A DNA stretch of 64,000 nt from an uncultured Saprospiraceae bacterium (GCA_964643005.1 CAZXQI010000004.1:1690-65689); one strand, 5' to 3'; shown: positions 20,701 through 31,300, counted from the stretch's first letter. The notes: a model not told the origin generated them from the sequence alone. A program made the numbers and translations.

Positions 20701-21575
20701 CCAACCCTTTTCAGGAGAAGTTCCCCGAGGAAATTAATATTTTGAAATTAATGGAGAGCCAGTGGAATCAGGATTTCGTAGCCATAAAAATCGGAGACGT
20801 AAATAATAGCGCCAATCCTGCCAATTTCGACGAGACCGGGATTGCGGGAAGGAGCTTCAATGAATACCTGATATTCAAAACGAAAGACATCGAACTGGTG
20901 GCTGGCCACGAATACGCCATCCCCTTCATGGCTCCCCATCAGGAGAGCGTGGCCGGCTTCCAGTTCACCCTTGACTATGATGAAAATGCGCTGGAATTTC
21001 TGTCCCTGAAGACCGAAGACGCGCTCCTGATGAACGAGCAGAATTTTGGTTTGCCCGATGAGATCGGCGCCGAGGCCGTGACGGTGAGCTGGGATAACTA
21101 TTCAGGACAGTCGCTACCTCGTGAGACGGCCATTTTCACGGTATATTTTTTAGCAAAAAAAGAGGCGCGCGTAAGGGATGTGTTGTCTATCAATTCGCGC
21201 ATCACTCCGGCAGAAGCCTATTTAGTAGATATTGAAGGAGGAAAATTATCACTCCAGCATCATATAGAGATGGGAGGAGTCGCTCTGGAATTTTCCGCAG
21301 AAGAAGCTGAGTTGCCCCAGTTTTTCCAGAATGCGCCCAATCCATTTAACCATCGCACTTCACTCAACTTCTATCTGCCACAATCTTCCAATGTGAGTTT
21401 CCGCATTTACGACGTGTACGGCAAAATGCTGAAGACTTACGAAGGCGCCTATTCGAAGGGTGCGCATGTGGTAGAGCTCAATCTGGCAGACATCGGCGCC
21501 AGGGGCGTTTTGCTCTGCGAGATGTCGGTACCGGGTCTTTTTAAAAAGACTATTAAAATGATTAATGACGAGTGA
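17757..21575 (+). CDS. giant secreted Cys-rich HYR-repeat protein with dockerin-like, cohesin-like and T9SS C-terminal sorting domains (paralog A)
   Basis: 1272 aa. Signal peptide ends FSQCALVC. HYR-like units at about aa 318-402 and 665-752 (PP.V.CP...TD.C...G.H.VTYTA.D.CGN...C). Dockerin-like pair NGVTTFDMVIIRRHIL / ADVNKSQSVTTYDLVEIQKLVL. C-terminal FQNAPNPFNHRTSLNFYLP...IYDVYGK is a T9SS type-A tail. Confidence 0.9.
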   Translation: MVKGNGFAHLRATFKSTDDLWRKRRSFIVAKTALLAVLLFSGGQTVFSQCALVCKSHVTVALEANGAATVSPATLLQSSVGCSNNFVVEVTDTSGNMYGPVIGPSLIGQPLIAILTDIPSGNSCNTDITLIDDLAPVVDCGDTLIIWCNQASSPESLGYPELSDNASPKDSIELTFSDSFTEFECFDTINGMAMTAYIERAWTATDESGNSSTCVQHIFFRRATLDMVVFPSHLDGVQKPMLECSTDDPDSLELTGQPEVEGIILDNTTFCDLITSFNDQSIPQCGGAVKLIRTWTVFDLCTEDFRVYSQIIKIQDTTPPAVICPADITVFTGTTTCTAQVTLPQASATDACSGATIATTWQFGNGSGPFNSVPAGVHTVTYTAADGCGNTSSCQTSVFVMDDKKPVALCQNLVNISLQEDGQALIYAETFNNGSYDNCGIDKMEVSRGGQPFGETISFDCNDLSQQIKVTLSVTDNGGLVNQCFSYAIVKDEIDPIIDCPEPVTLSCEANYNNPGLTGIPETTDNCTVASTDYTNDMNLNSCGNGTILRTWKATDQSGNFSTCTQVITIADDTPISVIFPDDVLFYECGPNTEPSATGEPVISGQDCEQLQITFTDFQFYTAEPACYKVIRNWAIIDWCSYQPNDPDEAGYWGHTQVIEVRDTLPPTVVCPPSVTIGIDNPNCQMYADIPAPQVTDCSNEISITNNSPFAQSHNGKASGVYPRGTHTVTYTAEDGCGNYSKCSMKVSIIDTEPPSPVCNNGISVTIQQNGIVVVTPAMINNGSHDNCTPGSNLILQVSSGVFDCQSVGTKIVTLTVTDEAGNSAFCQTTVVVQDNFNVCDSQTVGTVAGKCARENGDPVFQKLVGLSGGLNIAVHTDVDGTYAFPNLPLNANYTITPSYNTKPLNGVTTFDMVIIRRHILGVELLDSPYKIIAADVNKSQSVTTYDLVEIQKLVLNVTTSFPNNNKSWRFVPASYVFPNPANPFQEKFPEEINILKLMESQWNQDFVAIKIGDVNNSANPANFDETGIAGRSFNEYLIFKTKDIELVAGHEYAIPFMAPHQESVAGFQFTLDYDENALEFLSLKTEDALLMNEQNFGLPDEIGAEAVTVSWDNYSGQSLPRETAIFTVYFLAKKEARVRDVLSINSRITPAEAYLVDIEGGKLSLQHHIEMGGVALEFSAEEAELPQFFQNAPNPFNHRTSLNFYLPQSSNVSFRIYDVYGKMLKTYEGAYSKGAHVVELNLADIGARGVLLCEMSVPGLFKKTIKMINDE

Positions 21576-22001
21576 GAATACCGGTGAACACAACGTGTTA
21601 TCCTTAATCTCATTTTTAAAAATGTACTATTTAAACTCGACAGCATCCGGTTTGAACTCTACGATTCTATAGCCAGTTTTTCCCGGCGAAGACCCGGGCA
21701 ACCATACACTTTGACTTGATTTACACACAATGCTAAGTTCCGGACTGTCCAAACCCGGTGTCACACTCAAAAGGAATCATACTATGAGAAAGCCATTTAA
21801 AATTCCCATGAACTTTTGAAGAGATACCAAAACCGTTGAATCAGGCGAAGGAAAGAGAGCCGCCACGCAAGAGCGGCAGTTCCTTCGCCCCAGATTCAGC
21901 TCTATTAAATGATTTTTAAATAAAATTTTTAATACTAAAGGATTGAAAATCAATTATTTACAATTACTTAAATCTATTTCACTAACTTAATTGCCAATCC
22001 C

Positions 22002-25000
22002 ATGAGAAAATTCGAGTTTACTATTCAGACCCAAACTGACATCAGTGGGACGACAAGCAGACGGTCAAAAAGAGCATGGTTTTCAAAAGCTGTAAGCCTG
22101 CTTTGTCTGCTGCTACTCGCAACCTGGAGCAACCAGGCATTCTCTCAGTGTGCACTCACTTGTAATGATGCGGTGAATGTTTCTTTACCCGGTCCTGTTG
22201 ACAACTGTGCGGTGGAGGTAACAGTGGACAAGGTGCTGGAAGATCCGGCCAGTTGTTCGCTCCCTATGACCGTTACCATCATGACGCTACAAGGTGCGAC
22301 CATTCCAACCAGCCCCGTAGTAAATGCCAGCCATATCGGACAGACCCTTGCTTTCAGAGTGACTGAGACTAATTCTGGAAATTATTGTGAGGGAACCCTT
22401 ACCGTAGATGACAAACTGGGGCCGCAAATCACGAATTGCGAAGACAAAGTTGTACCCTGTCTTGTTGATTACAGACCTGATATTGATGGCGGAGACCTTG
22501 AGTCCCCATCCTTCGACGACTGTTCTACCATAGCGAATATTAGCTACGTGGACATCGTCGTCCCGGGAGATTGTAACTCCGTCAATGTGGCCTTTATCAA
22601 CAGAACCTGGACGGCTACGGACATCCGTGGATTTAGCAGTACCTGCTCTCATTTTATCACGGTGCAAAGAGTTTCTATCGCCGACTATACACCTCAATGT
22701 CCTAGTAATAAAACTTATGAATGTACCACAGAGCCGGTGGATACCAGTCCTGCTGTTACCGGCTACCCAGTTATAACCGTTGGGGGCGTAGCTTATGATG
22801 TGATTCCCGGCGCCAACAACTTCTGTGAGATTGCCGCTTCTTTCACAGACGAAGTGTTCTCGGTATGCGGTGGAGGTTCCAAAATCCTTCGCACCTGGGT
22901 CGTTTATGACTGGTGCCTTCCGACGACAATGGGTTCAGGGAATCCCTGGTCCTGTATTCAGACAATCATGATATTAGATACAACCCCTCCGGCTATTACC
23001 TGCCCGGCGCCGATGACCAGCTACACGGCTGCTTCCAGTTGCTTTGCGGCGCCCAATCTGCCGGCGGCCAATGTCGCTGACAACTGTTCCAATTTTTCAG
23101 TGAAAGTTTTGACGCCTTTCGGCACAGTCAACGGAAACGGAGGTGTATTGCCGAGCGCGCCGGTTGGGACTGTCGAGATCAAATATATTGCAACAGACGC
23201 CTGCAACAATAGCAACGAATGCACTACTACGCTGACCGTAAAAGACAATACGCAGCCAATAGCCATCTGCGATGAACACACGGTGGTTTCATTGACGGCA
23301 GACGGCTCTGCAACTGTCGCCGCCTCTGTATTTGACGATGGCAGTACGGACAATTGTGGAATTGACCATTTTGAAGTGAGCCGAATGCCTTCCACCTGTG
23401 AACCTGACGGAACAGACTTTAGCGGGTTTGCCCATTTTGACTGCTGCGACGTAGGACAAACTCTCGTAGTCATTATGCGGGTTTTTGATAAGGCAGGCAA
23501 CTACAATGAATGTATGGTTGACGTCACCGTTAACGATAAAATCAATCCGACCATTCAGTGTCCGCCGAGTATTACTATTGAATGCTCCGATCCGGTACCG
23601 GCTGTCGCTACGCCGACCTACAACGACAACTGCCCGGGAGCCTCCTGGTCGCAAACCGAAGTCTCGAACATAGGCGACTGTGGAACGGGTAATATCAAGC
23701 GCAATTACAAGGTGACCGACGCCTCTGGCAGAACGGCTTCCTGCACGCAGACTATCACGATCATTAATTCATTTCCTTTCACATTGGAGGACATTGTCTG
23801 GCCGTTGGATTATACCACTAATGAATGTAATACAAGCGTAGATCCAGTTGACCTGCCGGCAGGATATGATTATCCTCAGGTCAATGAAAATGCCTGCGAT
23901 AATATTGCCATTACTTCCAACGACCAGGTATTGCCTGTCAATGAACCGGCTTGTTTTAAAGTATTGAGAAAATGGATTGTCATTGACTGGTGCCAGTACA
24001 ATCCGAATGTACCCGGAAGTCCGGGCTACTGGGAATATACTCAGGTGGTCATGGTCAATGACAATACTCCGCCTGTAGTGGCCTGTCCTAATAATATAGT
24101 GGCTCCTGGCGTCGACGCCAACTGTGAATTTGGTCAGGTAACGCTGCCGGCCATTATAGCCGGGGATTGCAGCCCGAACCTTTCGTTCATCAGCCAGGTA
24201 GATTACTATTCAGATGGAACTATAAACGCGACAATCAATGGGGACGATATTAGTGGCGACTATCCATTTGGTACGCACACTATCAATTTAAAGGTGGAAG
24301 ATTACTGCGGCAACAAAACTACCTGCACTTTCACTATAGAAGTGAAGGATGCCAAGAAGCCGACTCCCGTATGTGTGAATGGCCTGGCAGTAGAATTAAT
24401 GGCAGACCCCGGCGGCAACGGCGGCATGGTTCAGGTTACGTCTGCCATGTTCGACGGCGGTAGTTATGACAACTGTACAGCTAATGAAGATCTGGAAATT
24501 ACCATCAGCCCCTCCCTGTTTACCTGCGATGACGTAGGCACAAATATTGTAACTATGTGGGTAACCGATGAAGCGGGAAACAGCGACTACTGCGAAACCT
24601 ACGTGATTATTCAGGATAACATGGTCGTCTGCCCCGATCCCCTCAGCGCTGACGTCGGCGGCTCAATAGCCAATGAAGGAGGCTCAGCAGTGAGCAATGT
24701 AACCATCAATGTGAGCGGAAATGGTCCAATCATTTCACCGGTAACGACAAACCAGAGTGGACACTTTCAGTTCTTTGACTTGAGTTTAGGCTACGATTAC
24801 ACTTTTACTCCCGGTCTCGACCAGGATCCTTTAAACGGTGTGACTACGTTCGATCTGGTTTTGATTACCCGGCATATTTTGAATATTGAGATGTTGAATA
24901 CTCCTTACAAAATAATAGCCGCAGACGTCAACAAATCAGGCACTGTTACTACGGCTGACGTGGTAGAATTGCGCAAAATGATACTCCATATTTTGCCGGG

Positions 25001-25904
25001 ATTCACCAAAAACACTTCCTGGCGATTTGTGGACAAAAGCTACATATTCCCCAATCCGCCGAATCCATTCCAGCAGTCATTCCCAGAGGTTTACAACATT
25101 AATGACCTGTATAACAACCAGGCAAATCTCGACTTTGTCGCCATCAAAATTGGCGACGTAAACAATACCGCATCTACGAACTTTGCTCCTGATGTGGAAG
25201 AGAGGAACGCCACAGATTATCTGACCCTTGTAGTGAACGAGCAGGCCCTCGCAGCTAATCAACTTTATAAAGTTGAAGTCAGAGCCATGCAGTTTATAAA
25301 TCTGCTGGGTTATCAGTTTGCGCTCCAGTTCGACCAGAACGCTTTGCGTTTGGAAAATATCGAGATAGGCGATCTGCCAAATCTAACAGAAGCCAACTTC
25401 GGCCTGGCATTACTTGATCAGGGCATTATAACTACCAGTTGGGACAATTCAAAAAACACACTGCTCGACAACAACACCATACTTTTTACCCTGGTATTCA
25501 GGGCTAATACAAATGTCCACTTAGAAAGATTGCTTCGAATTGCAGGCGGCATCATGCCGGCAGAAGCATACCAGGCACAAGCTGAAAATGCCGTAGATAT
25601 CTTAGGCGTTAATCTTCAATTTAACAGCTCTGAGTCTATGGATGAAATGTTCGAATTGTTCCAAAATACACCCAACCCATTCCGCGATGAGACTTCCATC
25701 AGTTTCCGCCTGCCGGAAGCCGGCAAAGCGACGCTGAAGATTTATGACCTGTCCGGAAATGTGTTGAAAGTGATTTCAGGAAACTATCAGAAAGGGTTCA
25801 ACGAAATCACATTGAATTACAATGACCTGGGAGGATCTGGCGTATTCTTCTATCAATTGGAAACTTCCTCTAATACGGCTACGCGCCGTATGATAAGGCT
25901 TTAA
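22002..25904 (+). CDS. giant secreted Cys-rich HYR-repeat protein with dockerin-like, cohesin-like and T9SS C-terminal sorting domains (paralog B)
   Basis: 1300 aa and collinear with paralog A (FSQCALTC leader end, the same order of Cys-rich modules). Has NGVTTFDLVLITRHIL / ADVNKSGTVTTADVVELRKMIL and the C-terminal FQNTPNPFRDETSISFRLP...IYDLSGN. Confidence 0.9.
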   Translation: MRKFEFTIQTQTDISGTTSRRSKRAWFSKAVSLLCLLLLATWSNQAFSQCALTCNDAVNVSLPGPVDNCAVEVTVDKVLEDPASCSLPMTVTIMTLQGATIPTSPVVNASHIGQTLAFRVTETNSGNYCEGTLTVDDKLGPQITNCEDKVVPCLVDYRPDIDGGDLESPSFDDCSTIANISYVDIVVPGDCNSVNVAFINRTWTATDIRGFSSTCSHFITVQRVSIADYTPQCPSNKTYECTTEPVDTSPAVTGYPVITVGGVAYDVIPGANNFCEIAASFTDEVFSVCGGGSKILRTWVVYDWCLPTTMGSGNPWSCIQTIMILDTTPPAITCPAPMTSYTAASSCFAAPNLPAANVADNCSNFSVKVLTPFGTVNGNGGVLPSAPVGTVEIKYIATDACNNSNECTTTLTVKDNTQPIAICDEHTVVSLTADGSATVAASVFDDGSTDNCGIDHFEVSRMPSTCEPDGTDFSGFAHFDCCDVGQTLVVIMRVFDKAGNYNECMVDVTVNDKINPTIQCPPSITIECSDPVPAVATPTYNDNCPGASWSQTEVSNIGDCGTGNIKRNYKVTDASGRTASCTQTITIINSFPFTLEDIVWPLDYTTNECNTSVDPVDLPAGYDYPQVNENACDNIAITSNDQVLPVNEPACFKVLRKWIVIDWCQYNPNVPGSPGYWEYTQVVMVNDNTPPVVACPNNIVAPGVDANCEFGQVTLPAIIAGDCSPNLSFISQVDYYSDGTINATINGDDISGDYPFGTHTINLKVEDYCGNKTTCTFTIEVKDAKKPTPVCVNGLAVELMADPGGNGGMVQVTSAMFDGGSYDNCTANEDLEITISPSLFTCDDVGTNIVTMWVTDEAGNSDYCETYVIIQDNMVVCPDPLSADVGGSIANEGGSAVSNVTINVSGNGPIISPVTTNQSGHFQFFDLSLGYDYTFTPGLDQDPLNGVTTFDLVLITRHILNIEMLNTPYKIIAADVNKSGTVTTADVVELRKMILHILPGFTKNTSWRFVDKSYIFPNPPNPFQQSFPEVYNINDLYNNQANLDFVAIKIGDVNNTASTNFAPDVEERNATDYLTLVVNEQALAANQLYKVEVRAMQFINLLGYQFALQFDQNALRLENIEIGDLPNLTEANFGLALLDQGIITTSWDNSKNTLLDNNTILFTLVFRANTNVHLERLLRIAGGIMPAEAYQAQAENAVDILGVNLQFNSSESMDEMFELFQNTPNPFRDETSISFRLPEAGKATLKIYDLSGNVLKVISGNYQKGFNEITLNYNDLGGSGVFFYQLETSSNTATRRMIRL

Positions 25905-26010
25905 TAATTTTTGAGCTATTTAAAAATAAGCTCAATCACTAAAATTTTAATGTGCGATTTTTCCCAAAACCGATTTAAGTATTCTCAAAATCTGGTTTTT
26001 GGGATGACCT

Positions 26011-26040
26011 CTCCCGGCTTTGGCTGGGGGGGGTTTTTTT
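26011..26040 (+). terminator. probable terminator after paralog B
   Basis: Stem ctcccggc/gctggggg (with G-U pairs), loop tttg, then a G-run and T7. Confidence 0.45.
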
Positions 26041-26179
26041 AATAAAATCATAGAGCCAAAACTCAATTTAATATAAAACTTTATAAAAAAATAACAGAAT
26101 CAACGGAAGCCCGTTAAATGGTAACTTTGCCCCCCCTAAAAATTAAATTGTCTCACTTCACAAGAACAAATCCAGAATC

Positions 26180-27031
26180 GTGGTAAAAAAAACACTCTTC
26201 TTTTTCATCGCATGGTCGTTTATTTCGCTTGGCCTGAAAGCCCAGGAAGGCTTTGAAGTTGGCGGCTGGTTAGCCGCTTCTAATTATTTCGGAGACCTCA
26301 ATACCAATATGCGCCTCAACCGACCCGGCCCTGCGGCAGGCCTGGGTATCCGATATAATTTTAACGAACGTATTTGCGCCAAACTTTCGGGAAACATCGG
26401 CCGGGTACAGGCCTATGACACCGATTCGCCCAACTTGTACGAACGCGCCCGCAACCTCCATTTCAAATCCGTTATTGCCGACGCCGGTTTGCAATTGGAG
26501 TTTAACTTCCTTCCCTATATTCACGGAAGCAAAGAACAGAACTGGACTCCCTACCTCTTCGCCGGACTGGGGGTTTCCTATTTTAACCCAAAGGCTGAAC
26601 TGAATGGCAAATGGTATGAATTGCGCCCATTTGGGACAGAGGGACAATTTAAAGGGGAGGAGTACTACACCGTTGCCGGTGGATGGGTTTACGGCGCAGG
26701 TTTTAAAATAGACCTGAGTTACGAATGGAGCCTCAACATTGACATCAGCGCGCGCCGCCTGTTTACAGATTACCTCGACGACGTTAGCACGGTCTATCCG
26801 GATGCCGGAGACGTTGAAGGGCTTCGCGGCGACTTTGCAGTGCAGTTTATTGACCGCTCCACGGAATTATACAAAAAAGACCCCGCCTTTTTTACCAGAA
26901 ACAACCTGGAACACCCCATCGGCGGCGAAGGTCGCCAGCGCGGCAACAGTAAAAACAATGACACCTACGTCTATTTTGGCATTGGCGTCTATTACTATTT
27001 CGGCAATCTAAAATGTCCTTACGAAAAATAA
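26180..27031 (+). CDS. DUF6089-like outer-membrane beta-barrel protein
   Basis: 283 aa with a GTG start and a signal peptide. Alternating beta-strand pattern, GWLAASNYFGDLN near the N-terminus and YVYFGIGVYYYFG near the C-terminus. Family name is from memory. Confidence 0.7.
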   Translation: MVKKTLFFFIAWSFISLGLKAQEGFEVGGWLAASNYFGDLNTNMRLNRPGPAAGLGIRYNFNERICAKLSGNIGRVQAYDTDSPNLYERARNLHFKSVIADAGLQLEFNFLPYIHGSKEQNWTPYLFAGLGVSYFNPKAELNGKWYELRPFGTEGQFKGEEYYTVAGGWVYGAGFKIDLSYEWSLNIDISARRLFTDYLDDVSTVYPDAGDVEGLRGDFAVQFIDRSTELYKKDPAFFTRNNLEHPIGGEGRQRGNSKNNDTYVYFGIGVYYYFGNLKCPYEK

Positions 27032-27259
27032 ACGGGTGAAGATTCAAAGACGATAGTTCGGACGCGCTTTCCCCTTCCCCTTCCTTAATGCTGTTGCTTT
27101 TTAAACCTTGCTAAGTGGGAACCGACATTTGGAACTGAGCGGTCTGGCTTATTTTACAGGCTGGGTGCATAATATTTTTTTTACTAATTTTGACCCCGCT
27201 CAAAACCCTCTTTAGCAAAGGGAGCGCTTTCAAAACATTCACTAATTCCTCGTCTGCAC

Positions 27260-28243
27260 GTGCTGACATTTTTTCGGACAAACCAGATTTTTTACAGCAT
27301 CCTCCTCATATTCTACATCCTGTTGATGCGGTTTTCCGTGTTTTTTGCTCCCTTCAAATGGACCCCGTCGGGAGAAGGAGTTTTGAGCGAGATGGTTTAC
27401 AACCTGATAGGATATCAGCAGATCCCGTCTCAGATTGCCGCCATTGTACTATTGTTAATTCAGGGTTTCATCATCAACGGAATAACCACCAATCACCGAC
27501 TCTCCAATGAAGTAAACCTTTTTCCCGGAGTTTTTTATGTGCTGACTGCCTGCCTGATGCCCGATTTTCTCTACCTGTCTCCCGTGCTGTTGGCGAACAC
27601 TTTTCTGTTCATTGGCCTGAATGAATTATTTGTCACGTACAAAAACCCCGCCTGCGCCGACCGAATCTTCAATTCGGGCTTTTGGATCGGCGTAGCCGGT
27701 TTGTTTTATTTTCCCTATTTGTTTTTTGTTATCCTGCTGGTAGTTGGGCACAACATCTTGCGCGCCTTTAACATCAGAGAGCTGATGATGATTCTCTTCG
27801 GGATGTTCATACCTTATCTGCTGGTAGGTCTTTACTTTTTCTGGTACGATCAACCCGGCGTGTTTTGGGAACATCAATTCAGCCGGAATGCAGGGTTTTT
27901 TGATTTTAATATTGACGTGAGCAACTGGTACGACTACATGAAGGTGGGGCTGTTCGCATTGTTAATCGGCTACGTAATATTCAACAGCAACTCATACCTG
28001 ATTAAAAAGAATATCCAGGTGCAAAAGAAAATCAGCGTTTTGTATTGGATATTGGTAGTTGCCGCTATTTCGGCGCCTTTTCAGGAAGGGCTGACTTTCG
28101 AACATCTCCTGTTAGCAACTCCCACATTGGGCATTTTCCTCGGACTTAGTTTTACCGACATGAAACCGCAATGGGCGGAAGCCATCCACTTTATTATCGT
28201 CATCATAGCCTTGTCCCTACAGTTCGTACCCTGGCTGCTTTAG
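27260..28243 (+). CDS. hypothetical polytopic membrane protein
   Basis: 327 aa with a GTG start and about 9 hydrophobic helices. No catalytic motif recognised. Confidence 0.55.
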   Translation: MLTFFRTNQIFYSILLIFYILLMRFSVFFAPFKWTPSGEGVLSEMVYNLIGYQQIPSQIAAIVLLLIQGFIINGITTNHRLSNEVNLFPGVFYVLTACLMPDFLYLSPVLLANTFLFIGLNELFVTYKNPACADRIFNSGFWIGVAGLFYFPYLFFVILLVVGHNILRAFNIRELMMILFGMFIPYLLVGLYFFWYDQPGVFWEHQFSRNAGFFDFNIDVSNWYDYMKVGLFALLIGYVIFNSNSYLIKKNIQVQKKISVLYWILVVAAISAPFQEGLTFEHLLLATPTLGIFLGLSFTDMKPQWAEAIHFIIVIIALSLQFVPWLL

Positions 28244-28367
28244 CGGTTGGGCACAGGCGCAATGGATTGGAGATTCACGAAATTGATTTATCGGTATGAC
28301 TCCGCGATTACCCTTTACAATCCATTAAATGGCAATACGGGGTTGAATTCCCATTTTCCTCGTTAAT

Positions 28368-31300
28368 TTGCAAGCCCCAGTTACCAGAAAATTAACGCCC
28401 GTTCAGGTGAAAAACTTAATTCCACACTTCATTTACGACAGACAAAAAGCTGGTGAAACGCATGGCAGCTTAGAGGCTTACACCATGTTCGTGGATATGT
28501 CCGGATTCACCCGACTGACGGAAGTGTTGCTTCAACAAGGCAAAGCCGGAGCGGAAAGGCTTTCCGATATTTTAAATGCCATTTTCGAGCCGATGGTCGG
28601 TCTCGTTTACAGCCAGGGCGGGTTTATTCCTTATTTCGCAGGAGATTCTTTTATCGGTATTTTCCCCACGGAGACTTGTGATTGTACAGCGACAAACCTA
28701 CTCGCTACCGCCATCGAGCAATTCAGCCTGCTCGAAAAATCTTCCTCCCATTTTTCCGAATTCAATATCGGAATCAAGACGGGTCTTTCTTTTGGCAAAG
28801 TCGAATGGGGAATCGTAGGCAAAGCTCCCAAGTCTTTTTATTTCAAAGGCTCAGCTATTCAAGGTTGCGCCAACAGCCAGTCTCAGGCTTCACAGCGGCA
28901 GATTATCGCAGACAAAGCCTTTGTCGGACAACTCCCGCCTGGAATATCGCTGGCTCCCTGTTCAACAAGCGGCTATTTTTTAATCGCTGAAAAAGAAGCG
29001 GCGACCCCCTTCGCCCAGAGAGAACCGCCGGTATTGCCTGAATTATTGCCTGAAATAGTCCGACAGTTTTTACCCCAAGCCGTCATTGAGTTTAATCAGA
29101 AAGGCGAATTTCGGACGGTCGTTTCGGTGTTCATTTCCTTTGATGGAGAGGGCGACTATGCATCGCTCAACGAACTGTCAACGATTATCTTAGACCACAT
29201 CAGCAATTTCTCGGGATATTTTAAAGAGATAGACTTTGGGGATAAAGGCGCAGTACTCGTCATCATCTTCGGAGCGCCCGTTTCGCATGAAAACAATGTG
29301 GAGCGCGCCCTGAAATTCGTATGCGCTATCCAGGACGACATGGCCGTCTTGCAGCAGAAATCGAGCCTGCGCTACAAGATAGGGATGGCGGAGGGGATAG
29401 CCTACACCGGTATCGTGGGCGGCAAAGAACGCTGCCAGTACGCCGCCGTCGGCAATCGGGTGAACATTGCCGCCCGATTGATGATGCACGCCGGGTGGGG
29501 AGAAATTCTGGTGGATGAAGCCATCGAAAAGAATCGCCATTTTCGATTCCAGCATCGGGGAAACATTAGTTACAAAGGTTTGAAAGAACTGATTCCAACC
29601 TTCCAACTGACGGGTAGGAGCCTCGACCTGCACCAGACTTACGAGGGTAATATGGTGGGCAGAGAACCCGAAGTCAGTCAGTTAGAAAGCGCAGTCCTTC
29701 GCACTTTTAATAATTCGGAGGCCTCTGTGGCCTATGTCTATGGCGAGCCGGGCATCGGCAAAAGCAGACTGACCTTCGAGTTGCACAACTACCTCAGAAA
29801 AAAATACCGGCTGACCTGGCTGAGCTGCCAAAGCGATCAAATCCTGTCAAAGCCCTTTAACCCCTTTATCTATTTTTTAAAAAATTATTTTGAACAATCT
29901 TCCGACGCTACTTACCAGTCCAATCTTGACAATTTTGAAAAACAATTCTCATCCCTGCTCAACGACCTAATGGATTTGAGAGAAGATGAAGCTGATTCAA
30001 TCAGGCGGGAACTGGTCAGAACAAAACCCGTCCTCGCTGCGCTGACCGGCCTGAAGACCTCCAATTCCCTCTGGGAAAGCCTCGACGCTAAAGGGCGTTA
30101 TCTCAATATCCTTTCTGCCCTGAGCAGTCTGTTTCTGGCCGAAGCGCTCATAGACCCCGTCGTTCTCGAATTGGAAGACGGCCATTGGTTTGACGAAAGT
30201 TCCATCGAGTTTCTCAACGAATTAGCAGGGCGTATCAGGGCTTATCCAATCTTTGTCTTAGTCACTTCCCGCTACGACGACCAGGGCGCCAAACCAAAGG
30301 TCTTTAGCAAAGAGATATTGGAGAAAGCGGGAATTTCCTCCTTTGAAATCGACCTCAATATCCTGGATTCAGAAGCCATAAAACGCATGGTTCAGGAACA
30401 TTTGCAAGGAGAGGCTCATCCCGATTTGCTGGAGCTGTTGATGCGGACGACTAACGGCAACCCCTTTTATGCCGAGCAGATGCTGGAGTATTTTCAGGAA
30501 AGCAATTTATTGAAATGGACGGATGAAGGCTGGTCGGTGAAAGACAGGAACATAGGCCTGTCGAACAGTATCCAGGCCGTGCTGACTGCCAGAATTGACC
30601 GCCTGTCTAACTTAGTGAAAGAAACGGTCAAAGCGGCGGCGGTAATCGGACGAGAATTTGAGTTGCCCGTTCTTTCGGAGGTGATGAGAAAGGACGAGCG
30701 CTTTGCGCCGGAAAATGGCAGCCTTCAGACCGCCCTAAAGGAACAGGTGAGGACAGCCGAAAGAGCACAAATTTGGCAGGCGATGAATGAGCTGCGGTAT
30801 ATTTTCCGACATTCTCTTCTTCGCGAGACCGTTTATGACATGCAGTTGAAAACCCGCCTGCGAGAGCTTCACCAACTCATCGCCGAGGCCATAGAAAACC
30901 TGTATGCCGGAAATTTGGAGCAGCGCTATGTGGATCTCGTTTTCCACTATGAACAGGCGGGGGTGGAATCCAAATGGCAGGAATACCTCGAAAAGGCAGC
31001 CGACCACTCCCGGTCTCATTATCAAAATCAGCAGGCTTTACATTTTTACAATAAGCTCATTGATATTTTGGAGCGCAAGGGAGACCTTTTCGGGCAGGCC
31101 GAAACCCTACTCAAAAAGGCGGGCGTCCTCGAATTGATTGGCCGCTGGGAGGAGTGCGAAGCTGTGAACAGACAGGCGCTCGAACTCACCCAACAGACGA
31201 ATGACAATAGCCTCCTGGGCTGGGCGACCGGCAACTTAGGTCACCTGCTCATGCTTCAGGGAAAATACGAAGAAGCCGAGAAGCGACTCGAAACTTCGGC

